Shown here in pieces: positions 30,691-46,180 of a stretch of DNA of 64,000 bases. Each line of letters begins with the position of its first letter. Within the stretch, counting starts at the first letter, position 1. The notes under the pieces are model-generated. The model was given only the letters and a program-made list of their open reading frames with translations. It ran no database searches and was not told the origin of the DNA. Source of the DNA: the human T2T-CHM13v2.0 reference genome, Homo sapiens; the NCBI RefSeq assembly GCF_009914755.1, contig NC_060937.1, one strand, 5' to 3'. A program made the position numbers and the translations under genes.

Positions 30691-33013
30691 TATCATAGCA
30701 TGAAGGAGGAGAAACACTGATTAAGAGGATGGGTTTTGACATTGAGTTATTGGGACAAACTGGCATTCACATTCACCTAGTTACTTAACCTATGTATCAT
30801 TTTTTATCATTTAAAACAGAGCCTATCAAAAAGGAAACATTGGTAAATGTTAGTTAATAAAGAGTGATCAAGGAGTTAGTAGGAAATCTGAAAATGTGGT
30901 GTGATAGAAATCAGGAGTAGAGTTTTTCAAAAAAAAAAGGACATATTTTAAAAGAGTGATGCTAAAATATCAAGTCAGATAAAAAATTAAAAGTGTCCCC
31001 TGGAAAATGTTAAGTGAAGAACTGACTTTATTTTATTGGGGCTTTTATTTTTGAAAAAAAAAATTTAGAAAAATGGTTATATGTTGGGTGGGAAGCAGTA
31101 GTACTCTGGCCAATTTATTTGATACTGGAAGTGCAGTCATCATTTGGCATAGAGAAATAGCTGCCCAGTTTCTTCAACGGGATAAACTTTGGTCTTTGGG
31201 TTCAAAGGAAAACATTAAGGAACCACGCAATGTCTTCTTACTCAACTTCCACGTAAGCTCCAGGTCCAAGACTGATTTTTCCATAATGCAAATATTTTGT
31301 TTTTAAATCCATTTATATCTGCTTTCTATTTTTTGTATTAGATTGTATATTTTATATTTAGTTTTCGATATTATGTATTTTGATCATTCTTCTATACATG
31401 TATAGGCACCTGGTAGGAGGGCTGTATAGATGATTATATTCAGAAACCACATTAATGCAGAAGTCTATATAAGGACTCTTTTTTTCATGTGTCTTGTGTT
31501 CTCCATTCCTAAGTTCTTTCTATTTAAGTCAGATTATAACAAAATTATGTATGTACTTTATTGTCTTTTCTTCTTTCAGAGATGACATTTTATTTTCCAT
31601 ATTTGTAGAGGATTAATGATCTTCATTAAATAAAATTTTCAGTGGTTTCTGCAAAGTATTTAATAAATTCATTGGCAAATATGAGGTAATCTATTGTATA
31701 GCAAAGTTTAAGAAATAGATGAGCACCACCTAAGGAAGGTATTGCGGCAGGAGAAAGAGGATATTAAATAGGCCTTCGGGAGTGATCCTTTTCAACTTTG
31801 ATTTTAAGAAGTTATTTATCCAGTTACTGTGTATTGCCATGCAGAAGAATTCTGATCTATGTAGACATGGTGTAAATTGAAGAAAGACATCATGGCGCTA
31901 TTTATCTTAGTCACGTTGTGTGACCTATCTCACTTCCTTTCAGGGATAGAAGCGCACATCAGAAACTGCTAAAATATATTTAGCAACATACGTTTCTTAG
32001 ATAATGCATATAATCCCCATTCAGCATTCTGGGTTTAATAATTTCTTATTAATACTAATTAGTAGAAATTAATTTTTTATTAATTTCTAATTAACACTAT
32101 TTTAATATCCCTTTCAGATACTTTTATATATCTATTAATGGAGTAGGTGAGGAAAATTGTTAATATAATTGGTACCTAGCAGGGACAAAACATGAAAACA
32201 GCCCACCTAACAGAATGAAGTCTTTAAACACTTTTTAAATTATTAAAGCTTTATCCAATATTTGTTTAATGACTAATTTATATAAATATCTTCTTGAAAA
32301 TTAATGCACATAATTTATCTCTATTGTCAGAAAAGCTGTGCTTCCTTTTATAAGATGTTTTTACAAATTTGACATGTGCCATTTTTGTTTTCATTACCAG
32401 GAAACTTGGATAAGCCCAGAGCTTAATTGTATTTACCAAATGCCAGATGCCTAGTAACAACAATTTCTCTGTTATTTAATTTTTTTATTACTTGCAATTT
32501 CAATTTTCTTATTCATATTTACTTAATTTATATGCAACTTGGTACTCTAAAAATTGTCTAGACATATATTTTAAATATACAAAAACATATTTTTCATAGA
32601 AAAATCATAAACTTTGATTTTAAGCAGAGAAAAGCAGAATTAATAATTTAAAAAACATTTTGTATGTATTCTCAGTAAATGAGAAAATAAGACTTCAAAG
32701 TTGTCATATTAAATACTGTGTGATCTTTTCTGAAATTGACTCAAATTTTTTTATAGCAATCACAAAGATGAGGAAATAAGCTGCAAGTCTATTTAATCAG
32801 AGTATTAAAGGAAGAAATAAAGCAATAACCAGTTACAAAAATTATTACAAAAATGATACAGCTCAAAGAGTAAAACGTAGAAAACTGATTTAGAGGTTTA
32901 GGAGACAGATTATTGTAAACAATCTAGGTTATTAATGGGATCCTGACTAAATGCAGCTCCATGATACAAGTACCTGCTAAAAGACCATAAAATGTAAATC
33001 CTCAGAGGTAATA

Positions 33014-33343
33014 CAATCAACCCTCCTTACCTACAGATTCCACATCAATAAATTCTACAAACCACAGATAGAAAATACTCCCCAAACAAGAAACAATACA
33101 GTATAAGAAAATAACATTAAAAACAGTATAAATTTAAAAATACAGTATAAAAACTATTTATATAGCATTTACATTGCAGTAGGTATTATGAGTAATCTAG
33201 AAATGATTTAAAGTATACTGGAGGATGTGCATAGGTTACTTGCAAATACTATGCCATTTATTATAAGGAAGTTGAGTATTCATAGATTTTAATACCTGAA
33301 GGGGTCCTGGAACCTATCCCCCATGGATATCAACGGACAACTG
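33014..33343. mobile_element. MER2 (TcMar-Tigger) non-autonomous DNA transposon
   Basis: TA-flanked; termini CAATCAACCCTCC... and ...GGATATCAACGGACAACTG; internal TAGCATTTACATTG...GGAGGATGTGCATAGGTTA typical of MER2. Confidence 0.85.
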
Positions 33344-35990
33344 TATTTCAAATATATTTACTCTCACTATCTCCTATTAAGGATCAGCACAAATATGAAT
33401 AAATAAAAAAGGTTCAGAAAATAAATACATTCTAAATCATCAAGATATTGGAAAATAGCCCATTATTTTATTGTGGGGGCATCTCATACTGAAGAGGCTT
33501 CTCAAAGGAGATGGATAATTCCTTAACTTCAACAGAAACTACTGGTTCTTTGAAAATGTTTTTTTTTTTTTTAAGAAAATATGTTCACACTTTTACATGA
33601 AAAGATGTCAGATAGACAGTTATCTGAGACTTGTACTTATTATTTAAATCTTCAACCTCCTACCCCTCTTCCTAAGTACAATATCAAGTCCTGTTAGTAA
33701 AAGCTAAAGTAAATGACCAGTTATCTTGAGTAGTGATGGTGACTGACATTACAATAATTAAAAGCTAGATTTCCAAAGTGTTATTAAGTATTAAGCTTAA
33801 TTACAATAATAGTTTAATAAAAGGCACGAGTTCTCTTTGATGTAAAATTAGAACAATGATTTATTTTTGATAAAAGGGAAAGAAGGAATGATATTCTAAT
33901 CTAGACTTCATGTCATTTAATTTATACCAATTTTAATATTATGGAAACATTCCTAGTGATCTTTTTGTAAAAGAAATATTAATGCCCTTGAAAAGACAGA
34001 AACTTGAATGATCATAGAGTGTGTACATGATAACGCTATTTAAAAGACAGGTAAGGAAATGACTAATTAACTTAGTCTGTTCTAAATGGAATTGCAGAGA
34101 GTGGCAAGTCTTGCAGACTGTCATGGAGGTAGGGTCTAGCTCAGGGTCGGCCTAGACATCAGTCTCTGGGACCCATTAGTGTCAGAGAAGCATTGGGACT
34201 CTCCATAAATATGAGTCAGTCCTGCCTCTGTTCCTCGTTCATATGGAATGCCAGCTCTCCTAATTGTTCACCTGCCACTGCTGGTACATCTTTTGTGTGT
34301 GAGGAAAGTGTGTATATGTGAATCTTCTTTATAACAGTCTTTTTAAATCCAGACTGGAAGCCTACTGAGAAAAGTTTGCTAGCAAATCACATCAATCTTT
34401 CACAGGATACAGCCTACCTGCAACATTGCTGTAATACCGAACAAGCACAGATATCCTTCAGAAAATGAGCAACAGAAAGCATATTCCTACAAAAACATGC
34501 TGCTGTTAAAACACAGGTGGCAGCCAGCTCTCTGGAGAGTCAAGGCACTGCCTTCCTTTCAAAAAAGATTTCAAGTAACAAACAGAAAACACTGTGAATT
34601 CTGTTCTCCAAGTGAATGAAGGCATTGTACTTATAACTGGAATATCTAAGGAGTAGTCCTAGGAAGAGTTTGCACAGATTTATTTTATTTTATTTCATTT
34701 TAATATAACTTTTATAGCACTTATTTTGTGTCAAGCACCTTTTTTGCGGTCCTGGTAATTATGGTGGTTATGAGATGTGCTGGATGTTCTACTGCTGCCA
34801 AGAATGTAATTGAATAAGGGTTCCAGGTGTGCTGTGAAATCCATCACTACATTTGTACCGAGGCTGGACCTCACACAGGCTGGTCTAGGACCATGACTTA
34901 GTTGACAAGATGCTAATGTAGATCTGGGAGACACGTGACTCCTCGAATGATTCCCTTTTGCCAAGGACATCCCAACAGCTTTGCAAACTTTTCTTAGACT
35001 GTGTTTTGAATGGGAGTATAAGATGCATCTACTCATCTTTCACTCAACCTTCCCTAAATTCAATCTTATCTTATTGTTCAAGGCATAAAATATATATATG
35101 ATCTTTTATTTCATGATTTCAGCATGTCATTATTATGAATGTTTAAGAATACAATAAAGAAAAATGACAAAAAGAAGAAATTAATCTCTATTGTTTTTAT
35201 TTTCACTTATGAATGTAAGGGGAAAATTCTAATTAATAAGCCTGAAAAATAATTGAACACCACTCTGAAGAAAAATTAGAAATGCATATCAATAGATTTT
35301 TACAAATATGGTGTCAAACATAATTGTTAATATTCAGAATCTATTCTTTGAAACAGACATTAAATTGAAAATATGAGATTAATTTCCTAACACAACTAAA
35401 GAAAATCAATCATATTTCAAAGATCTTTTAGAAATGACTGCTAAAATTGCCAGGCTTATAAATATAAAATTTGTAAAATTAACATAAAAACTGAAAGAAA
35501 AACTTTTTTTAAGTTTCTGATGTACTTGTATTAAACATTAGTTCAGTTTTCTAATTTTAGAACAACCCTCTGGTTAATCTTCAGGGTAAAAAAAAATCAA
35601 TTAAACTATTGCTGGGACAAGTAGTTCAATTGATCAGCTATTTTACAGTTTGTATTAGAGCTGGTAATGTCAAATGTGCAAATAACACTTTTTATTATTT
35701 TATGCTAATTTTTAAAAGTCTCTAAAATTCTAGAATATTTCAATTGAAATATTGGGCTTATAATAAAAAAACAAGCTTGGGGCATATATTATTCTACTTA
35801 TTATAAACAAGATTTTAAGTCAAGGTTTTGTACGTAAGTCAGTTAATTCCAACTTACAGTTGCATTCCAAGCCACAGATAGTTTTTGCAAATACATTCTG
35901 TACAACTGCACCTTACATACTAGATTATAGATGATTTGAACAAAAAAGCCAAGTCTTACTCACTTTTGTGTTTTAATAGAAAGGAAATCA

Positions 35991-36368
<378 letters not shown>

Positions 36369-38789
36369 TCATTGATAATAACACTTATCACTAAGACAGC
36401 AAAACCAATGCCAATTCCAAGGGATAATCCATCTTTTTTTCAGGGATGGTACATTTGCAGATTTTTTGCATCTTAGAATTGATGACATATGATTGATCCC
36501 AGTATCTTCCATGAAGCTTTTAAAAATTAAATGTACGGTCTTGAGCTTTTATCCTCATTCTTAAGTTCTTGAATTCAGCCAAACCATAATTAATACCTTT
36601 CAGAGGGACTTGAGCAACATTATTCATAGATTTTAATCCCTAGAGTAACAACCCGCAGATAAACTCTAGGTGTCCTGAGGGTCTCCTCCCCCATTCCCAC
36701 CTCCTATCCTCTAGGGACCATCAGGAGTTACTCTGTCAAACTTTAATCCCATCATTCCATATTTTTCTTAAATATTTCCATATTTAATATGTACACCTCT
36801 TCAGTTATCTCTTTTCCCCATATTGTCCTTTCTCTTGGGCCAGTTTTCCATTATCCATCTCTTTCCTGGTTATTTAACTTGTATGTGACAAAAACTATAT
36901 TCTGTTTTTAGTAGGTATATATTTTACTGTTCACATACTCAAGTGCAAAAGTGCAGAAATGTACCTTTATTTTCCTACAACTCAATTTAACTTTTAATGT
37001 AAGCTTCCTTCCACTCTGTAATAGAACACTTAATCTTGCCAATTTAAAGTAAATTCAGTGAATTTTGTTATTCCTGTTTAATGTGGGTTTATAATTCAAT
37101 TATGTTAAGATTTAAGTATACTTCTGGGGTTTTCTCTTTGCCCCTAAATAATGAAGCTAATTAAATTATAAGTTATTCTAAGCACACCTGTTGGTAGAGT
37201 GTCCTTGTGGAGATAGAAATCTCTAGATTCTTCAGAATATAGAAACTTCCGAAGTCTTATGCATAAGCAAAAGAATGAGAGCTAAATGGTATTAAAATAT
37301 ATTATTCCCTTTCCACTTTACCTTCTAGTGCCAATGACCCACTAATACATGAATTCTGTCTCCACAAGATTTCCAGTGAGGAAGGTCAAGACTGTATTAG
37401 GTCAACACTCTCCTGGCAGGCACAATAGCTTTCTCTCAGTTAGCTTCTGTAGGTTGTCATTTGGAAACGGCAAGAACTTGCAGAGATCATTCCACTCTAC
37501 ACACTCAGACATCCTGTAGATGAGTCCTAGGATCACAACCTTCAAATGCCACACATCTTCACAGTGATATTTCTATTCTTCAACATCAAGCTTTTTATTT
37601 TTGCCTCAGCTGAACTCAGGTATAGAAGTGCAGGTTATCCCTACTGCTAAACTTTAAACTTAAAGAGGGATTCCAGGTGGGAAGGTGGAGGCAGTAAATT
37701 TAAAACTTCACCCCAGTCCCCTAATACACACAAATTAGTTCTGACACAGAAGCTTTTCTTTCCAAAACTCTCTCTCTCTCTTTACTGAGTCTAAGAGTTT
37801 TTGAGTTCAGAGGTTGCAGAGAAGAACTTCTTTGGCCAACTAGTACACGTGGACTTTCGATCTCACACCTGAAACCTAGTTTTTTGAGCCTAGAAACAAC
37901 AGAGAACGTGACTTTTTTCTCTTCTATTCTAATCTGACCATTTTTCTCTCTAGTGAACGGTGGCCCTGGGTTCTGTACTCTGAATTTCGGTGGTCATGAG
38001 TAGCAGAAAAAAGATTCTATAATTAATGTTTCAGGTTATTATTCTGCCACACCCAGTTGACATCTTCACGTGCTTCTGTGAGTCTCTAATTTCGTAAACT
38101 AACCAGAAACACAGTCATTTCCAGAGGGCATTCCTGCCCTAAGCCAAACTTATAAATAACTTTAATAACTGCCTGTATTTGTGCATATCTCATGTGGCTC
38201 AGGATCACAAGATGCAAAAAGTATCCTCTTCTCTCTGTCATGCTGGAAACAGTTATTATTTCTCTACCTTTCTGTGGAAGTTGCTGCTACTTAAGATTCA
38301 GAACATTCATATAATACAATTTTAAAGTGAACTCTGGTTAATGAGACACAATTAATATCGCTTTTTAAACTGGGTAACAAAGGTGGACATTTTAAAATTA
38401 CCTAAAACCAGTTGCATGACTTTAAATACCCACTCAATTTAAGGGTATAGAAAAGTTGAGACTGAAGATGATTAATAAAAAAAGATTTTGATTTGAAGCA
38501 GTGTTTTAATATAATATTTAGAGTTGACAATAGGTATTTTTTTAAAAATTAATTAAAAAATTAATTTAAAATTCATCAGAAAAGTTATGAGGCAGGTGTG
38601 GCTTTTCATCTGGGGGACCGTGGAATTAGCTTTGTGAGCAAATGTTAAGGAGCAGTGGGGGAATAAAACACAAAGTATTATGTTTTCAAACCCAAGTGAT
38701 GTTTTGAAATAAAATATTTATATTTTGCTACACTCTTCTTTGTCACAAACTCAAATTTCCTCATTCTTTGACTCATTCACTGACGATCT

Positions 38790-39945
38790 GGCATAACCCT
38801 CAGAGACTTCCTTACCTCCTCAAGTCCTGCTGTCTTTACAGGCTACCTACCCTCCATGCACGTAATCCAGCCAGTACTGTAGTACTTCCCTACTTCATCT
38901 ACAGTGACCCTCTCATCCCCACCATTTAAATCCCTCCCTCGTGGTCACACCTTAGACCCTAGTGGTCACCTAGAACTGCTCCACTTCTAAAATTACCAAT
39001 AGACTGTCTGATCACAACCTTCTGTCCTTCTCTTTTAATTTAAAAAAAATTCATGCTTTTTATAATATATATATATTTTAATCTACAGAATCCTCTAATT
39101 TTTTCATAGTAGCTCTCTCTGGACATATAACTTTTTTTAACTTCCTCCCTAAGTTTTAATGTTTTATCCATTTCAAACACCCTCCTTTGAGTATCTTTCC
39201 CTCCTTTGCCTTGTTTTCTTTTCATCAATTTTGTCTAGCAGAATCTCAATCTTGGTTGGAGCTCAACTATCTATTTCTCTGTGCCTGCACCTGTGCATAT
39301 GAGCAGTGATTTAGAATGTCACAAACTAAGGCCTATTTGTTGTTAAAGCATTCATATGCCCTTTCCACAGTTGGCTTCTATCTCTTTACACTAAAGTATT
39401 TATTGTAATCATCTTCCACTGTCCACAAATTTTTAAACTCTCCTAACTCCTATTAATTCTCTACAGATGATTTCATCTCCTTATTTCATAGAGAAATTAG
39501 GTAATTATCCCCTTAACTTCCTTCATTTAGCTCTACAATTTCACTTCCACCCATCTTGGGCTTCTTCTTCCTTGTAAGACATCTTTCATCCTGTCAATGG
39601 TTATTACCTCTACCTTTTCTCTGGAAAACATGCTCTCCTGAAATATCTTGGACTTGAGCTACTGATTCTTCCCTATTTTCTTTCTTTAACTTTACCTCAC
39701 TATTGATGTTACTGCATTCACATTTTTTTTCTAATGGGAGGAGGAGAAAAAATGTTTCCTCCAACTATACATTTCCCTTCTACTTTGCCCTGTATATTTT
39801 CACTTTCTCAAAGCCCAATTTTTGGAAGGGATTTGTTTGTCCTTATTCACTTTCTATTACCTCAAAATTCTACTGCATTCTATTGAAACTTCTCTTGTCT
39901 AAGCCACAATGACTTGTTTGCTGCTAGATCAATTGACATTTTAAA
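38790..39945 (+). mobile_element. L2 fragments
   Basis: GTGGTCACACCTTAGACC, CTGTCTGATCACAACCTTC and TATTGAAACTTCTCTTGTCTAAGCCACAATGAC resemble L2 body sequence. Confidence 0.6.
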
Positions 39946-42900
39946 ATATAGAAATTATATTTACTTACCTTATTTTAATTTAGTGTTTAGTATTTAGTAT
40001 TATTTCTGCCTTGTAGTATTATACATGTTTTCTGAACATGAAACTGATATTCTGAAAAAAAATTGCTCTTGAATGAAAAACTTCTGTCTCAGGATCCTAT
40101 ACTATGTTAAAGTAAAATAAAATAATCAATTACATTCTCATATTAATTTTTTCATGAATATTTACACTTTATTTTCTACTTGGGATCATGCACTTTCATG
40201 GCCTACATTGATAACAGAGGCCATTGTATCTTCAGTTATTAATAATTAAAAGTCATCTTGGGAACAGGGGAAGCTAATGAGAAAAGTTTGCCTTGTGAAT
40301 ACTCAAGTAGATGTAAGTACACTAAACATGTTAAAGACAGACCACTCCCCCTAAGTCATACAAAGTTACTCAAGCTGAAGTATAAAGGGAAACACTGAGA
40401 GAGTAAAATCTTACTTGTTGTTAGGAACTAGCTTCATTGGCTTAAAAACCCAAATATTAAGTGACAGATCTCTGATGTATCTCTGATTTGATTTGGAAAC
40501 ATTTTCAAAGTTTTTCTCCTTTTAGTGACTCTTTTTTTCCATTGAAAAACTTATCTTTTGTGATGAGAAAATTATGCAGAAGAATAGTTGTAATTTGTAA
40601 AGAATTTTAGTTTATTGCTATAGCCCAGGAATGTATAAAATGCACTGAAAGTAGGAGAAAATAGTTTCTCAAGGGCACGCTTTTCAGAAGAGATAGCACT
40701 TGAACTAAGGCTTGATGTATTGTATACAGTTTTCAGGTAGGTGATGGAGGAAAGGCATTTGGGCAGAGGGGCCAGTACCTGCAAAATGCAGAGACATGGA
40801 TATCATGAGATGTTTGGAGAACTACCAAGACCAGTTGTTCCAACGAAGTACTAGCTGAGATTTTTTAAAGTATAATTAACAGGGATACAATTCAAAATTA
40901 TTTGGAGGAATAAAAAGAGCAGAGTGGATTTATTGTTCACACAATGGAAAATCACTAGAGTGGCTGGTTTCAAGCACAGATAGAACTGAGAATTTAAAAG
41001 ATGCATGAGTTTTCTGTTTTGGTTCTTCTCTCTCTCTGTTTCTCCTTTTCTTTCTCCTCTTTTCTTCTTCTTCCTCATTTTCTTCTTTTCTCTTTTTCTT
41101 CTGTGTTAGCCTGATTCTTATGTAGACTCTTACAACAGAAAAACCAAAACAGCCACCAGCAGCACTACACTAAAATCATCCTCATATTAATGTATCATGA
41201 AGTGTGTATGCATCTTATGAGTAATCTTTTTTGCATGGAATGCAAAGTTCTTGATAAGATGTCTCCCATTGTCCTGTATTACCTCATTTTCTGTTTTCTG
41301 TTCATGTTTCAGTTACATGCATGTTAGGTTAAGAAACTCTGCTTTAGATGGATGGAGAGCCTTTATCGGGAGTGTAATAAATTAATATGTGAGAAAAATG
41401 AGACAACTCTAGGGATGATTGTCGCTGTAAGATAATTATATGGATGATACAATGAGGTGGTAAATTGCTATGAGGTTTATGAGCATTCAGACAGGTTTTG
41501 ACAAAGGCAGAGAAGGTGCTCTATAGTCTACACTATGTTTGTATGACAATTTATTTCACCAATTACATATTAATGAAGATGTTTTTATTGCTATCAAACT
41601 CTGCAGTAAGTATGCTTATACAGAGGAGCTTGAGATTATTCTCTTTGGTTTTAGATTATAAGGAGAAGTGCAAAATAAAAGAATAATGCACATTTTTAAA
41701 CGTATGCCTATTGACAAATAGCCCTCCAGGAAAATTTTCCTGGTTTTCACTTGCATGAACAATCTACAGGTTTCAATTTTCCAGCATCATGGGCTCCCTT
41801 AAATCATGTGTCTTTTTAATTGTCAATGTGATGATAAAATTATACTGGAAGAGAATTTCATTGTGTATGTTTTCACAAAGCAGGATCTATGTATAGTTGT
41901 CTCCTTTGTCCATTCATGGTTTGGTTAATGAAGGGTGGCAGAGATGGTTGCCTCAGCATGTTTACTATCTTGTGACTTAATTTCTAGTCTTAAAGTGCAT
42001 CAGTGCATCTACCTGAAGCAGTATGACTGGTATGAAAGAGAATTGACAAATTCTCCATTTTTCCCAAACACAATGGTTTAGCAGTGCAGATAAGGAAGGA
42101 AGGAGCCAATTGAAGATGGCGTATATTACTGGCAACATGTCTCAGATGGAATGGCCAGAAAAACAAATGAGAGAACCATTTGGATGTAATTAGAGAGCAG
42201 GAGGCAGAGAAAAGAAGAAAAAGTCTGTAAAATAAGGAACAGATGATGCCTCTGTAGTCCAAACGCCCCAAAATTTTCAGCTTGCTTTTCCTGCTTGTTC
42301 TGCTGTAACAATCTATGTGGACACTCACTGAAATATACTTAGCCCTGAGATTATTAACAATTTTGAAATTGAAACCAGCTGCATACCAAAATATTGTAAA
42401 CTAAATGTTTGAATTGATTCTTGGCTTTATTCATCCCCTATTAAGACATATATACCATTAAATTGCAGTTTTATTTTCAGTGCCTTATCTAAACTCTGCT
42501 CCAAAGAATATTTCCACTTGCAGTTTTAAAGTAGCTCTTTGTATGCCACATCCTAGGTGCTTAATTTGAATTTTAAATAAATTAGCTTATGACTCACTTT
42601 CCACATGTCTTTCATGAGTTTCCCTCCCATCTCCATTCAAAACAATTGAATCCCAAAATGATGGCTACCACTTTACTATTTGTTTATTCAAGAAACATTA
42701 AGTGCTAGCCCCTGAGGATGCAAAAATTGTCCCTGGAAATTTCTATGCCTATGATACCCTTAAACATGATGTAAAATAGTGTGGGGTGCCCAAAGGGAAG
42801 AAGGGAGCTAACGTTTGAATGACTGCCTACTGTGTACAAAGCATTGTGTTGACCACTTCACACGCATTCTCTCCAACCCTGAGAATTGCCCCAGGGTTAT

Positions 42901-43539
42901 TCTTCATGCACATTTTCGGTAAACATAGCACACATATTAATGAAGTTTCTCCAAGGTTTTAAAGGAAGATCCAGGATGTGAACACCTGTTTTCTTTACCT
43001 TGTTGGATATTTCTAGTCCTTTCTTATTTCATTGAGCTAGGTAATATTTTTCCTGTTTTATTCAGTCATAGAAAATAGGAAGATAAGTAGTGAGATCCTC
43101 AATCAGCATGTCTTTCATTCCTAAAAAATTGCTAGGACTATCATTCTGTTTTTGTTTACTTCAGGTTTTTCTGCCTAGAATTATTTTTTATAGTTTTGTT
43201 CTATATTTTCCTCCTATATTTTATATTTTTTGTCTTTACTAGACAAATCTCAGATGGACAGTTACAACAGGGTTTACAACTCTTAGAAATGAATGTCTCC
43301 TGAATAGTTACATCTCTTGCCCCAGTAGCCATACATGAAAGTTCTGCCACCCTATTCCTTCACTTTTGCCTCACCAAGCATGTCGTACTCTCCACCAGAA
43401 CACTAAGGATAAGCAAAGGGCATGGGGCAGAGCATGCCTGTTCAGGTCCTTCGCAAAGCAAGACTTTCAGACCCAACTCCAAGCCTCTGTTACAGGACCT
43501 TCGAAGGTCAAAATAGATAATCCTTTTCTTCTAAAGTAG

Positions 43540-43900
43540 TGATATGGTTCAGCTGTGTCCCCACCCAAATCTCATCTTGACTTGTAGCTCTCATAATTCC
43601 CATGTGTTGTGGGAGGGACCATGGGGAAGATAATTTAATCATGGGGGAGGTTTACCCCATACTGTTCTTGTGGTAGTGAATCAGTCTCACGGGATCTGAT
43701 GGTTTTATAGGGGGCAATCCCTTTCACTTGGCTTTCATTCTCTCTTTCCACTGCCATGTAAGAAGTGCCTTTTGCCTTCTGCCATGATTGTGAGGCCTCC
43801 CCAGCCACGTGGAACTGTGAGTCCATTAAATATCTTTTTCTTTATAAATTACCCAGTCTGAGGTATGTCTTTATCAGCAGTGTGATAATGGACTAATATA
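43540..43900 (+). mobile_element. Solo MaLR LTR, THE1B/C-like
   Basis: TGATATGGTTCAGCTGTGTCCCCACCCAAATCTCATCTTG...GGACTAATATA; near-TSD AGTAG (43535-43539) and AGTAC (43901-43905). Confidence 0.92.
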
Positions 43901-43994
43901 AGTACATAACTACTGTAATTTATGTTTAGAATTTCCTTCCACTTATACATTTAGTAATACATTCTACAGATTTTTTGTTGCTTGTTTTTAACTT

Positions 43995-44350
43995 TCTTTT
44001 TTTGGTAGATACATATATTTATGGGGTACATGTGATGTTTTGATACAGACTGGCAATGTGCAATAATTATATCATGGAAAATAGGATATCCATCTCCTTA
44101 CACATTTATTCTTTGTATTTAAAACAATCCAATTACATTCCTTTAGTTATTTTTAAATGTACAATTAAATTGCTACTGACCATAGTCACCCTGTTGTGTT
44201 ATCAAATATTCATAGTTTTTATTTATTCTTTCTATTTTTTTATGCCCATTAACCATCCCTACCTTCCCCCACACCACTACCTTTCCCAGCCACTGGTAAC
44301 CATTTTTCTACTCTTTATCTCCATGAGTTCAATTGTTTTTATTGTTTTTA
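43995..44350 (-). mobile_element. L1MA-type 3' end
   Basis: ATATTTATGGGGTACATGTGATGTTTTGATACAG...TATAGTCACC-like...CTGGTAACCATTTTTCTACTCTTTATCTCCATGAGTTCAATTG. Confidence 0.8.
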
Positions 44351-44354
44351 ATTG

Positions 44355-45327
44355 TTTTTATTTTTTATTTTACTTTAATTTCTGGGCTACAAGTGCAAAA
44401 CGTGTGGTCTGTAACATAGGCATACGTGTGCCATGGTGGATTGCTGCACCTATCAACCCATCATCTAGGTTTTGAGCCCCAAATACATTAGCTATTTGTC
44501 CTAATGCTCTCCCTTCCCTTGTCCCCCCATCCCCCTGACTGGCCCAGGTGTGTGTTGTTCCCCTCCCTGCATTCCTGTGTTCTCATAGTTCAACTCTCAC
44601 TTATGAGTGAGAACATGCAGTGTTTGGTTTTTTGTTCCTGTGTTAATTTGCTGAGGATGGTGGTTTCCAGCTTCATTCATGCCCCTGCAAAGGACATGAT
44701 CTCATTCCTTTTTATGGTTGCATAGTATTCCATGGTGTATAGGTACCACATTTTCTTTATTCAGTCTATTATTGATGGGTGTTTGTATTGATTTCATGTG
44801 TTTGCTATTGTAAATGGTGCTACAATAAACATATATGTGTATGTGTCTTTAGAGTAGAATGATTTACATTCCTTTGGGTATGTATCCAGTAATGGGATTG
44901 CTGGGTCAAATGGTATTTCTAGTTCTAGATTCTTGAGGAATTAACACACTGTCCTCCACAATGTTTGAACTAATTTACATTCCCACCAATAGTGTAAAAG
45001 CGTTCCTATTTCTCCACAGCCTTGCCAGCATCTATTGTTTCTTGACTTTAAAAAAATCATCATTCTGACTGGCATGAGATGATATCTCATTGTGGTTTTG
45101 ATTTGCATTTCTCTAATGATCAGCGATGTTGAGCTTCTTTTCATATTTTTGTTGGCTTCATAAATGTCTTCTTTTGAGAAGTGTCTGTTCATATCCTTTA
45201 CCCACTTTTTGATGGGTTTGTTTGTTTTTTTCTTGTAATTTTGTTGAAGTTCCTTGTAGATTCTTGATATTAGACCTTTGTCATATGGGTAGTATGCAAA
45301 AATTTTCTCCCATTCTGTAGGTTGCCT
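44355..45327 (-). mobile_element. 5'-truncated L1PA (about L1PA8-L1PA10) 3' end
   Basis: ORF 44941-45336 encodes the ORF2p C-terminus ([11 protein letters not shown]...[13 protein letters not shown]); 3'UTR contains CTAGGTTTTGAGCCCC. Confidence 0.9.
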
Positions 45328-45407
45328 ACATACCACAGATGTTTTGTGGGTTCTCTCTTATGTACTAGCCATGATTCTAGGTTCTTGGATTACAACTGTA
45401 AAATAAG

Positions 45408-45505
45408 AGAAAGAAAAAAAGAAATAAGAAGAGAAAGAGGAAGAGGAAGGAGGAGGAGGAAGAAGAAGAAGACAAAGAAGATAGAGAAGAAGACAAAGAA
45501 GATAA
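45408..45505 (+). repeat. Purine-rich (GAA/GAG)n low-complexity repeat
   Basis: Directly visible in the sequence. Confidence 0.85.
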
Positions 45506-45837
45506 CAATATTGCTGTGCTCATCAGGTTTACAACTAAGTACTGTCGTAGACTAAAATTTCCAAAAGGTGGAAATAGACGTGTTAGCTACCATTCTAGTT
45601 ACTTGATTTATCTACTTTTGATAATGATGATGACAACATTTATGTGATGATGATGGGGATGAAAAAAAGATCTGATTTCATGCTCACTTATGAGTTTTAT
45701 CTTTAGATTTTTTTTAAATGATGTCCTAGTTTATAGAAGATTGTGAGTCGATGCAGATGAAGGAAGAAATCCAAAATAGACTGGATGCTAAAATACCAAG
45801 TAAAGATGGCAAATTACAGAAATAATGGGATCTCATA

Positions 45838-46180
45838 CTGGTGATTCTCAAACTTTGCTGCACTTTCAAATCACCTGGGGAGTTTTGTTAGAATCCTGAC
45901 TCTCATTTTTTACCCCATACCAAATAAATAAGACAGTCTGAGGTGAAACATAGGTGTCAAGTGATTTTTGCTTTGTTTTATTTTGTTTATAACTCCCTTG
46001 ATTATTTCAACATGCAAACAAACTTGAAAGCCAATGCACCAAACATTTTGTTCTCAAAATTTAATGTATGTTCTAATCACCCAGGGATCTTATAAAATGC
46101 AGATTCTGGTTTAATAGATCCAGAGTGGGCCCCAGATTCTCTGCTGCTGCTGTTTTGTAGACCAAACATTAAATAGCAGG
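45838..46180. mobile_element. Two adjacent MER5-type hAT-Charlie remnants
   Basis: GATTCTCAAACTTTGCTGCAC...AATCACCTGGGGAG and TTCTCAAAATTTAATG...AATCACCCAGGGATCTTATAAAATGCAGATTCTG. Confidence 0.7.
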
